From assembly GCA_003170325.1 (NCBI GenBank), contig PMZP01000031.1, positions 1-30,632 of the forward strand: DNA of 30,632 nt. Reading direction: 5' to 3'. Below the pieces are notes generated by a model that saw nothing but the letters and a program-made list of their open reading frames with translations, was not told where the DNA came from and ran no database searches. The position numbers and the translations under genes are program-made. This document shows positions 8,901-16,508 of the stretch, one piece after another. Each line of letters begins with the position of its first letter. Position 1 is the first letter of the stretch. Source of the stretch: Candidatus Tayloriibacteriota bacterium. GTDB lineage: Bacteria; Patescibacteriota; Minisyncoccia; Phycocordibacterales; PALSA-1337.

Positions 8901-11058
8901 GTCATATATTCTATTTGGAGTCAATCCAATTGCGGCAGATTTGAACAATGATGGCAAGACGGAAATGATATTTTCATTCAGTCTTTTCGATTCATCTCTC
9001 GCTTCACAGATACTAACCAATCCAGACGCTTATAAGACCTACATCAAAGAGATCGATAGTGGTGGAAATCTTGTTGCTTCAGTCAGTGCTATGCCTGGAC
9101 GCATAGTCGCACAACTAGCTGTCGGTAATTTAGGCCATGGAAAGCCTAGTATCGTAGCAGTGTTTCAAGATAATTGGGCGGTGACAAGCGACCAGATCGT
9201 GGCATATGACGGCTCCCTAAATACTATATTTGCTAACACCGAGCAGCATAGGATAAATGGAGTTACTATAGGCGATGTAGACGGTGATGGTCAGTCGGAA
9301 ATTGTGGCACCATTTCGTAATATCTTCATCGATGGGACGCCCTCTGGTATCGGGGTATTTGACGGAAATGGAAATTTGAAAAGAGAAATAGATGTGCCAA
9401 CTCTCGGGTCGGCTGACGACTTTATGATACCGATCCTTGACTCAGTAAACGGTGACGGACACGTAAACGCCATAATCCAATCTTCAGTGTGGCCTAGTAA
9501 CGTTCATGCTGGTACGGGTAATTATAACACGGTCAACTTGTACATCCTTGATCTAGGCGGCACGACAAACAGTTCTTCTAGTCCAAGGACACCTAATTTC
9601 GACTGGCCAACAGTCCTTCGTGATAATCAAAACACCGGATGCTTCAACTGTCTCGCTTCTAGTACTGTATCGACCTCGACTCCCCCCACAGTCACCCTCA
9701 CAGCCACGCCAAATCCTATAGCGCTTGGTCAGTCAACAACTATCAATTGGTCAAGTACCAATGCAACTACCTGCTCAAGTTTACCTCCGGACAAAATATA
9801 TCCTGTTAAATTACCAATGGTATGGCAGACTCCAGCAACGAGTGGCTCATTCCCTCTAACCGCGTCGCTTTTCATGACTGTGGGTCTAAAGAATCTTACG
9901 CTATATCTCTCATGCACTGGTCCGGGAGGCACAGCTACAACCAGCGTCACTGTCCAAACAGTTTCGCAACCAACGGCGACGATTACAGGCACTTCAACAC
10001 TGTCTATGATTTATGACCCTTATGGCGGAGAGAATTCATTGAGAAGTACATTTAATGTAACCATCAGCGCCGGTAGTCAGGATCAGAAGATCACGAAAAA
10101 CAATGCTTTTTGGTCTTACGTATCTCTCCCGGATGGCGGTAACAGCGCGACAGGTGTCCAACAATACGCCCAACCTTCAGGGACTACTGACGATGGCAAC
10201 GGCTATTATGTCATCCATGCAAACACAACGGCGACGTTCACAGTTCAGAATACGTTGAATCCGAAGACCATGTTCGCCGGGGCTTATCATGGAACTATGG
10301 CCATGGTATCGCTTGGCGACTTATCCAATCAAACAAGACTGACGATACCGGCACCGAATACGACGAACACAGTGGTGATCGTCGGTGAAGTTTCGCCGTA
10401 CTTGAATTCGATCGTGCCCAATCTGGTTCCGGCCAATCAGGGAGTCACCGTGAACGGCGTGCGATTCTCGATGACGACCCCCAACATAGTCACATTACAG
10501 AGTAAGACCATGTCCAAGACATATTCCGTGGTCTCTCCCAAAGGTCTGACGCTATATTTTGTTCCGAATGTTCCAGCTGATTCCTACAGCGTACAAGTCA
10601 CTCATCCGGTGACGGGGGCTAGTAATGGTCTCGGATTAACAGTTATTGCCCCACTGGCGACGTCGACATCATCTGACTCACTTAGGGCATTGCCTTCGGC
10701 TACACCATCAGCGACGCCTTCACCTTCACTTTCACCTTCGGCGACGCCCTCATCTGTATCCACGCAGAAATCATTGACATCTCCTACGCCATCTCCAAGT
10801 CCGACTAGTTCACCGACACCGACGCCTACGCCGACCTCGACCGTTTCTCCGGCGGTTTCAAGCTCTCCGTCCCGATCGCCTTCCCCTTCAAAGTCACCAT
10901 ATTCAAGCCCATCACCATCGACTAGTCCCAAAGCTTCTCCATCAGCCAGTCCATCAGCCAGCCCGGCGGCATTCAATGGAAGTGAGACACGGTATGGTTA
11001 CTCGGCTAATATTTTCGGTTCTTTCAACGAATTTCTACAAGCGATATTCGGTAAGTAA
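5902..11058 (+). CDS. Large secreted S8 subtilisin-family serine protease with I9-like propeptide, FG-GAP/VCBS-like repeats and Ser/Pro/Thr-rich tail
   Basis: 1718 aa; N-terminal signal/anchor; triad IDTG (D268), HGTHVA (H315), GTSMATPHVAG (S503); repeats ADLNNDGKTEMI, VGNLGHGKPSIV, IGDVDGDGQSEIV, LDSVNGDGHVNAI. Confidence 0.93.
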   Translation: MNKKLLPLIIAAIISGTFAFFVVGYAVTMPVQSQTQTAAVGSLTAGKSYQPTAEYSSASARYITSATTRAVSGDNSVTVNPMGQPSLNTVISSAPLAKAQTSLGSAIQSSLVKDQYIVELTQSPLSVKYAQLKNQNGAKVSSADLNSALSAQKKLISNQQSSFLQNLPSAVKAKNAAIISNISGSKSASQKSFSVVLNAVVLNMNADEVKSVSNLSQVKKIEQVRTVHVDLMDSVPLIKAPEVWADNFPGAPTSTPITGKGVKIAIIDTGVDYLHPDLGGCFGPKVVNGQVTSCKVAGGFDFVNSDPDPMDDMGHGTHVADIAAGNGMPKGVAPDATIYAYKVCNSGGSCDNSNIIAGLEAATDPNYDGNLSDHLDIASLSLGGPGNPDDEMSTAVDNAVNAGVVVTVAAGNNGPASNTIGSPGTARNAITVGATDKQDNIASFSSRGPVTWTASDGNTYNLVKPDVVAPGVNICAARWSTAFSDGDTNCYHDSTHVAISGTSMATPHVAGEAALLLQLHHDWTPAEIKAAIRDSSKHLSGNCPVGYSCGISVDDQGQGRIDALQEVRSPRPPIALLVPITVGNGTISIRGTATAQNFKQYKISYGQGQDPSSFTDLYTSNQPVSNGVLYSGLDTTSLNEGAYAIRLMVTDSAGNTSSDAGLLEVNNMEITSVGNNLNYINGGVQQILGSIHLPSATSYRVLLAPIPGNTTTICSGNSIPTGNTICSADFSNVADGKYYLYLEVYQNGVWNIDEPFTMAVVKELLNNWPQKLIGFPRGNLVVLHQPNSPTKLVVPYYTSCSNAGSCSYPPTLLFYGLDGTYSRLQNLADGSTIPDDSMPSVLYSPTRQQNVLGLAESFGDNSKKIIDTNGSVIKSWDQNSSMTQNSSITAFNRDGAGIGLYTGSVQYNGSQTVNQINGYDVNGNKLKNFPVIIPPGSQSGSLTFVHPVFLSDGISQNLAVITGEFTNDAGYMRDLKLYANVFSATNQLIKKQLVFDGTGKSYILFGVNPIAADLNNDGKTEMIFSFSLFDSSLASQILTNPDAYKTYIKEIDSGGNLVASVSAMPGRIVAQLAVGNLGHGKPSIVAVFQDNWAVTSDQIVAYDGSLNTIFANTEQHRINGVTIGDVDGDGQSEIVAPFRNIFIDGTPSGIGVFDGNGNLKREIDVPTLGSADDFMIPILDSVNGDGHVNAIIQSSVWPSNVHAGTGNYNTVNLYILDLGGTTNSSSSPRTPNFDWPTVLRDNQNTGCFNCLASSTVSTSTPPTVTLTATPNPIALGQSTTINWSSTNATTCSSLPPDKIYPVKLPMVWQTPATSGSFPLTASLFMTVGLKNLTLYLSCTGPGGTATTSVTVQTVSQPTATITGTSTLSMIYDPYGGENSLRSTFNVTISAGSQDQKITKNNAFWSYVSLPDGGNSATGVQQYAQPSGTTDDGNGYYVIHANTTATFTVQNTLNPKTMFAGAYHGTMAMVSLGDLSNQTRLTIPAPNTTNTVVIVGEVSPYLNSIVPNLVPANQGVTVNGVRFSMTTPNIVTLQSKTMSKTYSVVSPKGLTLYFVPNVPADSYSVQVTHPVTGASNGLGLTVIAPLATSTSSDSLRALPSATPSATPSPSLSPSATPSSVSTQKSLTSPTPSPSPTSSPTPTPTPTSTVSPAVSSSPSRSPSPSKSPYSSPSPSTSPKASPSASPSASPAAFNGSETRYGYSANIFGSFNEFLQAIFGK
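10690..10970 (+). repeat. Low-complexity Ser/Pro/Thr linker-coding region
   Basis: Encodes PSATPSATPSPSLSPSATPS...SPSASPSASPA; includes near-tandem 12-mer CCATCAGCCAG(T/C). Confidence 0.85.
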
Positions 11059-11074
11059 TAGTTTGCTTAGTTAC

Positions 11075-11686
11075 TTAGAACAAATTAACCCCCGTAAATA
11101 TTTGAAACACCCACGGCACTACCGGCGACACGATCTGCCAGAGGAAGAATACCGCCAGAAGCACGAATATCGGGCCGAAGCGTTCCAGAGTGAAGCGTAA
11201 TCGACCGTATTGCGTCGGCAGAAAGGCCAGGAATAATTTCGAGCCATCCAAAGGCGGCAAAGGGATGAGATTGAAGACCGCCAAGACGATGTTGATGAGC
11301 ACTATATATGAAGCAACCTCCAAAAATGGCGTCATGATCGCGGCTCCGGAGGCAGTCAGCCGGATGACCAGACTGAATATGATCGCTATGGCCAGATTGG
11401 CGGCTGGACCGGCGGCGGCGATGAGGAATTCGCCTTGACGCCGGTTCTTCAGGTTGTAGGGATTGTAAATGACCGGTTTGGCCCAGCCGAACGTGAATCC
11501 AGCCAATGACGTTATAATGGGTACGATGATAGAACCGATGGGGTCGATATGCTTTATGGGATTCAAGGTCAGCCTGCCCTGCAATCGCGGCGTCGGGTCG
11601 CCCAGTAAATCAGCCATGAATCCGTGCGAGACTTCATGGAATATGACCGAGAATATGAGGATGACGATGGGTAGGATGGTAAGCAT
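11075..11686 (-). CDS. Site-2 protease family (M50) intramembrane metalloprotease
   Basis: HEVSH zinc motif, GWAKPV, NLIPLPPLDG. ORF track starts at 11725; MLTILP at 11686 preferred. Confidence 0.95.
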   Translation of the reverse strand: MLTILPIVILIFSVIFHEVSHGFMADLLGDPTPRLQGRLTLNPIKHIDPIGSIIVPIITSLAGFTFGWAKPVIYNPYNLKNRRQGEFLIAAAGPAANLAIAIIFSLVIRLTASGAAIMTPFLEVASYIVLINIVLAVFNLIPLPPLDGSKLFLAFLPTQYGRLRFTLERFGPIFVLLAVFFLWQIVSPVVPWVFQIFTGVNLF

Positions 11687-11733
11687 TTTGCAATCTGCTT
11701 GACTTATGATACCATACGATCTCACTTACATTC

Positions 11734-11976
11734 ATGTCCAACATCTGCCAAATCACCAAAAGAGGCTCGGTCGTCGGCGGCCGCTATTCCAATCGGACTC
11801 GCGCCACTCAGTTCAACCCTTCCGGTGCCGTTCGTCGCTACCCCAACCTGCAGAAAAAGCGCATCTACGTGCCAGAACTCAAGAAGTCGGTGGTTTTGAA
11901 GATCTCCACTCGCGCTCTCCGCACCATCCAAAAGAACGGCGCGTACCGCACCATGAAGAAGGCTGGGCTGATTTAA
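11734..11976 (+). CDS. rpmB: 50S ribosomal protein L28
   Basis: 80 aa basic protein; MSNICQIT...RRYPNLQKKRIYVPE...LKISTRALRTIQKNG. Confidence 0.93.
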   Translation: MSNICQITKRGSVVGGRYSNRTRATQFNPSGAVRRYPNLQKKRIYVPELKKSVVLKISTRALRTIQKNGAYRTMKKAGLI

Positions 11977-12027
11977 GCTCCGATTTATTCATGGCCATGA
12001 GTTCCCCGCTCGCCCTTGTGGGCGATT

Positions 12028-12960
12028 TCACTTGATCGTCAGGCTCGTACCATCCGACACCACATGTATGGTGCCGATTTCTTTTATATTCAAGCGGTGG
12101 TCGATTGAAATAGAAGCCAAAGGATCGGGAGGGATTTTGGCTGATTTCTTCTTTAAGGTCGCAGCTGGTTTGGAAGCTGTTCCGGAATTATTCGCCGACG
12201 CCAACTGTTTCGAATAGACCAAGAATTTCGGCTTCAATTCATTCATCAACCGCACCGACATATTCGCTGGCAGAGCGCTGTGCGAAACGATCACGGCATC
12301 AGTCGCAGTCACGTGCGAGGATGTGGCTGCTAGAAATTCTTGTACCTTATGCGAAGCGTTGCCTAAGAAAGTCACTGATGTGGCCGCGAATTTTAAAGTG
12401 AACAACACTTCAGGAGCGCTGGCGCGCGAATACACAAAATCAGCCGGTTCGACCGGAAAATGTATCTTGGCGCTGACAGCTTTGCCGAACAAGATAGTGT
12501 TCCCCGCCGCGATCTCGTGAACCGGGACTTTGGTATCAGCGATCCTTTGTAATAACGCCTGGTAAATGGGGTCGGTGTCGCTCGCAAGCCCCAGATTATG
12601 AAGCGTCACGGCCGGAAGATAAATCTCGTCAACGCGATATCTATTGAGCAAGTCAATAAGTCCGCTCACGTTTTTGCCGTCGGTATTCGTAGCGATCAGA
12701 GTGTCGATGCGCCGCGAATAGAACGGGATGATCTTCGTGAGCTCGCGTATGACGTCGGAATTCGAGCCGCCATCGATGAGCACACGGTAATCATCCGGCG
12801 TGCGGATGAACATCGAACGCCCGCTAGACAGATTGAAAACGTATATATCGAGCATTTGGGGACGATGATCCTCGTTCCAAATGTATCCACCTACTCCGAA
12901 GACCACCGCGCTGGCTGTGGCGGCGATGATGATCGGCTTCGAAGATAGCTTGAGGGCCAT
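12028..12960 (-). CDS. ComEC C-terminal-like metallo-beta-lactamase-fold protein with degenerate metal motifs
   Basis: 310 aa; N-terminal anchor; IRTPDDYRVLIDGG and IPFYSRRIDTLIAT match stand-alone ComEC MBL domains; HxHxDH position reads TNTDGKNVSG. Confidence 0.8.
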   Translation of the reverse strand: MALKLSSKPIIIAATASAVVFGVGGYIWNEDHRPQMLDIYVFNLSSGRSMFIRTPDDYRVLIDGGSNSDVIRELTKIIPFYSRRIDTLIATNTDGKNVSGLIDLLNRYRVDEIYLPAVTLHNLGLASDTDPIYQALLQRIADTKVPVHEIAAGNTILFGKAVSAKIHFPVEPADFVYSRASAPEVLFTLKFAATSVTFLGNASHKVQEFLAATSSHVTATDAVIVSHSALPANMSVRLMNELKPKFLVYSKQLASANNSGTASKPAATLKKKSAKIPPDPLASISIDHRLNIKEIGTIHVVSDGTSLTIK

Positions 12961-12966
12961 GCCATG

Positions 12967-12972
12967 ATCGTA
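12967..12972 (-). promoter_or_regulatory. Candidate -10 box of the MBL-fold gene
   Basis: Minus strand TACGAT, 6 nt before the ATG at 12960 and 10 nt from the 85-bp repeat. Confidence 0.6.
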
Positions 12973-12982
12973 CTCTCTCGAG

Positions 12983-13067
12983 ATGAAGACCTGATGAAGA
13001 AAGGCTCAAGAAAGGATAAAGAAAGTCTCAAAATTCGATAAAAAAAGGTTAAAGAAACGATAAAGAT
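12983..13067. repeat. 85-bp phased-repeat element, copy 1
   Basis: 79/85 identical to 16416-16500; 11-bp units GAAGACCTGAT GAAGAAAGGCT CAAGAAAGGAT AAAGAAAGTCT CAAAATTCGAT AAAAAAAGGTT AAAGAAACGAT. Confidence 0.95.
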
Positions 13068-13169
13068 TGGCCATTGAACCGATTGACGGCTATAATTCGT
13101 AAGGTAATTACTTATTAACCTGGATAATTTGCTATGATTAGCCACCGCCTAATCAACACCCATATAAAT

Positions 13170-13778
13170 ATGAATAAATTCACTGCCAAAACCTTCAAAA
13201 TCCCCAAACTCAAGGGTATCTCCGAGAAAACTATCGAGGAACATCTCAAGCTCTACCAGGGATATGTTAAGAATGCCAATTCCATCTTGGAGAAAATCCC
13301 AGAATACAACGGGTACGTTGCAACCGATGCCTTCGCGCCGTATGTAGTCGGAGAGCTCGCTCGCCGATTTAGCTTCGAATACAACGGCATCCGCAATCAC
13401 GAAGTCTATTTCTCCGCATTTGAAGGCGGCCCGAATGATCTCGCCGGTGGAAGCACCCTCAAAAAGAAGATCGCCGACACTTGGGGGTCGTTCGACGGCT
13501 GGTTCAATGGATTCAAGCACCTGGCCACCACCACCCGCGGCATCGGCTGGGCTACGCTCTGGTGCGATCCTCGAACCGGAGACCTGCAAACCACCTGGAT
13601 CGACGAACAGCACCTTGGCTTGCTTAACGGTTGCGTGATGATCCTCGGCCTCGACATGTGGGAACACTCCTACGTCGCCGACTATCATCCTTCCGGCAAG
13701 AAGAACTACATCGAAGATTTCTTTGCGAACCTGAATTGGGAGGTGGTTGAGGGGAATTATAAGGGGGCGGTGAAATAG
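13170..13778 (+). CDS. sod: Fe/Mn superoxide dismutase
   Basis: All four metal ligands present: EEHLKLYQGYV, NHEVYF, LDMWEHSY. ORF track starts at 13134; MNKF at 13170 preferred because an extended -10 TGcTATGAT sits at 13130-13138. Confidence 0.93.
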   Translation: MNKFTAKTFKIPKLKGISEKTIEEHLKLYQGYVKNANSILEKIPEYNGYVATDAFAPYVVGELARRFSFEYNGIRNHEVYFSAFEGGPNDLAGGSTLKKKIADTWGSFDGWFNGFKHLATTTRGIGWATLWCDPRTGDLQTTWIDEQHLGLLNGCVMILGLDMWEHSYVADYHPSGKKNYIEDFFANLNWEVVEGNYKGAVK

Positions 13779-13931
13779 GGTTATTGGATTTGAATCCTGA
13801 TAGGGACCCAAAAAGAATATGAGTCGAGAAGGCTGGCGTTTTGGTTGCTATTCTTTCGAGACATAAAAAATGTTGACTGATATTCTCTATTATTATAGTG
13901 TGTTTGCAGGTCAAGAAAGGAAACAGAACAC

Positions 13932-14249
13932 ATGAACATTATGAATGAAGAAAGAGCCCATACGCTCGCAGAGTTCGTTGATGCGAGTATGAAGCACGCC
14001 ATCGTCCCGACGAATTTACCTGATGGTGTGTCACCGGACGAGGCCGCAGCGAAACTTCGAAGGCCAGACGTGATCCTGAAAGGTCTTGGTGTAAATGGTC
14101 ACTATTTCTCAGGATGGTTTGATCCCTGTGGTCGGAGAGTCCGAACAGCCGAAGGTGAAGTTCTCTTCACGTTGGTGCCCAAGTTAAACGGAAACGGGAT
14201 CGTGTACAGGCTTACACTTTCCGATGTGGCCCTCAGAATGCTTCATTGA
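13932..14249 (+). CDS. Hypothetical protein (orphan)
   Basis: 105 aa; preceded by TTGACT-17-TAGTGT (13873-13901) and AAGGA; followed by a terminator. No family recognised. Confidence 0.65.
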   Translation: MNIMNEERAHTLAEFVDASMKHAIVPTNLPDGVSPDEAAAKLRRPDVILKGLGVNGHYFSGWFDPCGRRVRTAEGEVLFTLVPKLNGNGIVYRLTLSDVALRMLH

Positions 14250-14276
14250 CAGTCTGCTTTCGGGGGATAGCCATTC

Positions 14277-14302
14277 AAGCCCGGCATACGCTGGGCTTTT
14301 TT
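14277..14302 (+). terminator. Intrinsic terminator
   Basis: AAGCCCGGC-ATAC-GCTGGGCTT stem (one G-U) running into a T tract. Confidence 0.75.
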
Positions 14303-14528
14303 ATCTTTGTTAAAAGACCCGCCACTTTTCCGAGACTCTCCATAAAGTCGTCAAACGGTAGAGGAATATCGGATGAGAAGACACCCTTGACTTTCTCGTC
14401 ATTTCGCCTAAACTTAAATCAGTAAATACCTTGAGAGTTTCGAGATTCTCTAAGAGCGGAAAATTCGGCTCGGCCGCCAGCGTTCGCTTCACGGCGAATA
14501 TGCAGTATGGAGGGATCGTTTCGTGGTT

Positions 14529-14963
14529 TCACGAAGCTGCCGTCCTCCAGAGAATCTCAAAGTTCTTGAGGTATTTTTCTTTGGCGATAAACGAAGTGAT
14601 GATAATGATAGCTTGAGAACTAGTTCTTTCGATTACAACAACGTAGAACTCGCCTTCTTTTTCGACTCCTGACAATTTTGCAATAAGGATACGAACATTA
14701 TTTCCTCTATAGACAATGTCAGGATAAGTCAGTACATGCGGAATACTTGAAAACAAGATTGTACCCTCCGATCCTTTCTCCGCGAGATGTTTCAGTGTTC
14801 TCCGTGTAAAAAATACACCAGCACCTGCTTCATGGATAGCATGCCAAATGGTCTCGTTCATCGAAAATCCAGTTTCAACCAACTCATCCGGACGATCAAT
14901 AAGAACTCCCTTGGGGATCTTCTGAAACTCCTCAAATAAGAATAGTAATACTGAAGACATCAT
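14529..14963 (-). CDS. Hypothetical protein, possible PBECR (Barnase/EndoU/colicin/RelE-like) nuclease fold
   Basis: ATG at 14963 overlaps the comEC TGA (ATGA); RRTLKHLAEK, HVLTYPDIVY and YVVVIE...IIITSF resemble PBECR-type domains. ORF track starts at 15047. Confidence 0.55.
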   Translation of the reverse strand: MMSSVLLFLFEEFQKIPKGVLIDRPDELVETGFSMNETIWHAIHEAGAGVFFTRRTLKHLAEKGSEGTILFSSIPHVLTYPDIVYRGNNVRILIAKLSGVEKEGEFYVVVIERTSSQAIIIITSFIAKEKYLKNFEILWRTAAS

Positions 14964-16393
14964 AGCTTTTTCGATTTGTTTGAAGACTTCATCTTTTTCA
15001 CCACCACAAACCCCCCTAGAAACACCGCGTAAAATCCGATCACCCACCAGATGGAAAACGGCGGCACGTGGGCGGCGGCGAAAGGCAGGCGGGCGAAGTT
15101 CTGGACCATGAAGAGCTCATACGAGAGCAGCAAGTGCGAGATCCAGCCGAAGAATTGGGCCACCGGCATGAAGACGAAGCCGCCAGCGCCGGTCAGGAAG
15201 ACGAAAAGCATGGTCGGCGGAATGCTCGGAAGAACCAAAATATTGACTACGACGCCAATGATAGAGATCTGGCCCATTATGTATAGGATGAACGGCGTGA
15301 CAAAGATCTGTGTGGAGATAGTGGCGGCGATGATGCCGCGTAGACCAAATGTGTCGGGAATAAAACCCAGGCGCTCTTCGACCGGACCAGCTAGCAAGAT
15401 CAACCCCAAAGTCGCCAGGAATGATAGCTGAAAAGAGACGTCGTGGAGAAGGATCATCGGATTCTCTATGAGCATGATGAGCGCCGCCAAAGCCAGCGCT
15501 CGCGTCACATTGTAATCGCGCCGCAGAAGATCGGCCGAAAGAGCGATCCCGGCCATGACGCATGAGCGCACCACCGTGGCTCCCCCGCCGACCAAGACAC
15601 CGAATAGCGCGATGCCGATTCCGCCGATCCCGATCCCCCAGATGCGCGGCAAGAATGAGAGCAGACGACGCATAGCGTAGGCAACGATGGTTATGTTGTA
15701 TCCGGAAAGCACGACGATGTGGATGAGTCCGACTGTACGAAAATCAACCAGCAGATCGTTTCCCAGAGCCGCTTTTTCACCGACCACCAAGCCAGAAGCC
15801 AGAGCCGCTTGCGGTTCGCCCAAGGTCCGCTCAAGGTTCATGACAAATCCGGCTTTGAGGGAGTATAGGAGTAAGGTTACTCTATTTATGGCAGATGAGA
15901 TAAGATTGCTCGCGGTGATTTTTTCGGAAGATTCTTCGCCGGTCCTTTCGTCGATCTTCGCGACCGTCGCGCTTTTCATCTCATAGAAAACGTCATCTTT
16001 CGCCAAATAGCCTTTGTAATCGAACTCCCTACCGCTGTCCCCGCTCCCAAAATTCATCGGCTCTAGCAATTTGCCTTGGAATGAGACGTGATCGCCGAAG
16101 GCAAATTCCGGGTAAAGTTTGGTTTTGACTCGCAGAAGAAAATCGGCCGAGCATTCCTTCTGGCTGACCGGAGAAGCAGTACCAGAACCAGTGATTGAAG
16201 CTTCTCCGACAGAAATGACCAGTATCTGGCCAGATTCCGCCCTTTGCGGCTCATCGTCAATCGTGCCTGTTCCACTGACGTTCTCTTTTAAACATAATCC
16301 GATATCCGGCGCGACGGTTTGAAACGATTGCCAGACGCGGAAAATGGCGGCCGCTAGAAAAATGCTCCAAAAGATGACAACTCCTTTTTTCAC
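14960..16393 (-). CDS. comEC: ComEC/Rec2 competence protein, membrane (channel) portion with N-terminal OB/DUF4131-like region, no fused MBL domain
   Basis: 477 aa, GTG start; GLIHIVVLSGYNI, VRSCVMA, DVSFQLSFLAT and multiple TM segments. Confidence 0.93.
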   Translation of the reverse strand: MKKGVVIFWSIFLAAAIFRVWQSFQTVAPDIGLCLKENVSGTGTIDDEPQRAESGQILVISVGEASITGSGTASPVSQKECSADFLLRVKTKLYPEFAFGDHVSFQGKLLEPMNFGSGDSGREFDYKGYLAKDDVFYEMKSATVAKIDERTGEESSEKITASNLISSAINRVTLLLYSLKAGFVMNLERTLGEPQAALASGLVVGEKAALGNDLLVDFRTVGLIHIVVLSGYNITIVAYAMRRLLSFLPRIWGIGIGGIGIALFGVLVGGGATVVRSCVMAGIALSADLLRRDYNVTRALALAALIMLIENPMILLHDVSFQLSFLATLGLILLAGPVEERLGFIPDTFGLRGIIAATISTQIFVTPFILYIMGQISIIGVVVNILVLPSIPPTMLFVFLTGAGGFVFMPVAQFFGWISHLLLSYELFMVQNFARLPFAAAHVPPFSIWWVIGFYAVFLGGFVVVKKMKSSNKSKKL

Positions 16394-16399
16394 TCACCG

Positions 16400-16405
16400 A
16401 TTATA
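16400..16405 (-). promoter_or_regulatory. -10 box of comEC
   Basis: Minus strand perfect TATAAT, 6 nt before the GTG at 16393 and 10 nt from the 85-bp repeat. Confidence 0.75.
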
Positions 16406-16415
16406 GGCGCGGTAA

Positions 16416-16500
16416 ATGAAGACCTGATGAAGAAAGGTTCAAGAAAGGATAAAAAAAGGTTCAAAATCCGATAAAAAAAGGTTAAAGAAAGGATAAAGAT
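16416..16500. repeat. 85-bp phased-repeat element, copy 2
   Basis: 11-bp units GAAGACCTGAT GAAGAAAGGTT CAAGAAAGGAT AAAAAAAGGTT CAAAATCCGAT AAAAAAAGGTT AAAGAAAGGAT. Confidence 0.95.
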
Positions 16501-16508
16501 GTCCCGGG

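Noticed and set aside
13778-13811. tRNA-like fragment GGATTTGAATCCTGATAGGGACCCA after sod
   Set aside because: Resembles a T-loop plus CCA, but no D or anticodon arm can be built upstream (that sequence is sod coding region). More likely an imperfect hairpin.
12983-16500. The 85-bp repeats as a CRISPR array or as a conserved 15-aa peptide (MKKGSRKDK..KIR)
   Set aside because: No unique spacers, only two copies 3.4 kb apart, and no cas genes. The short ORF follows from DNA identity; its differences are 3 non-synonymous versus 2 synonymous, giving no sign of coding selection.
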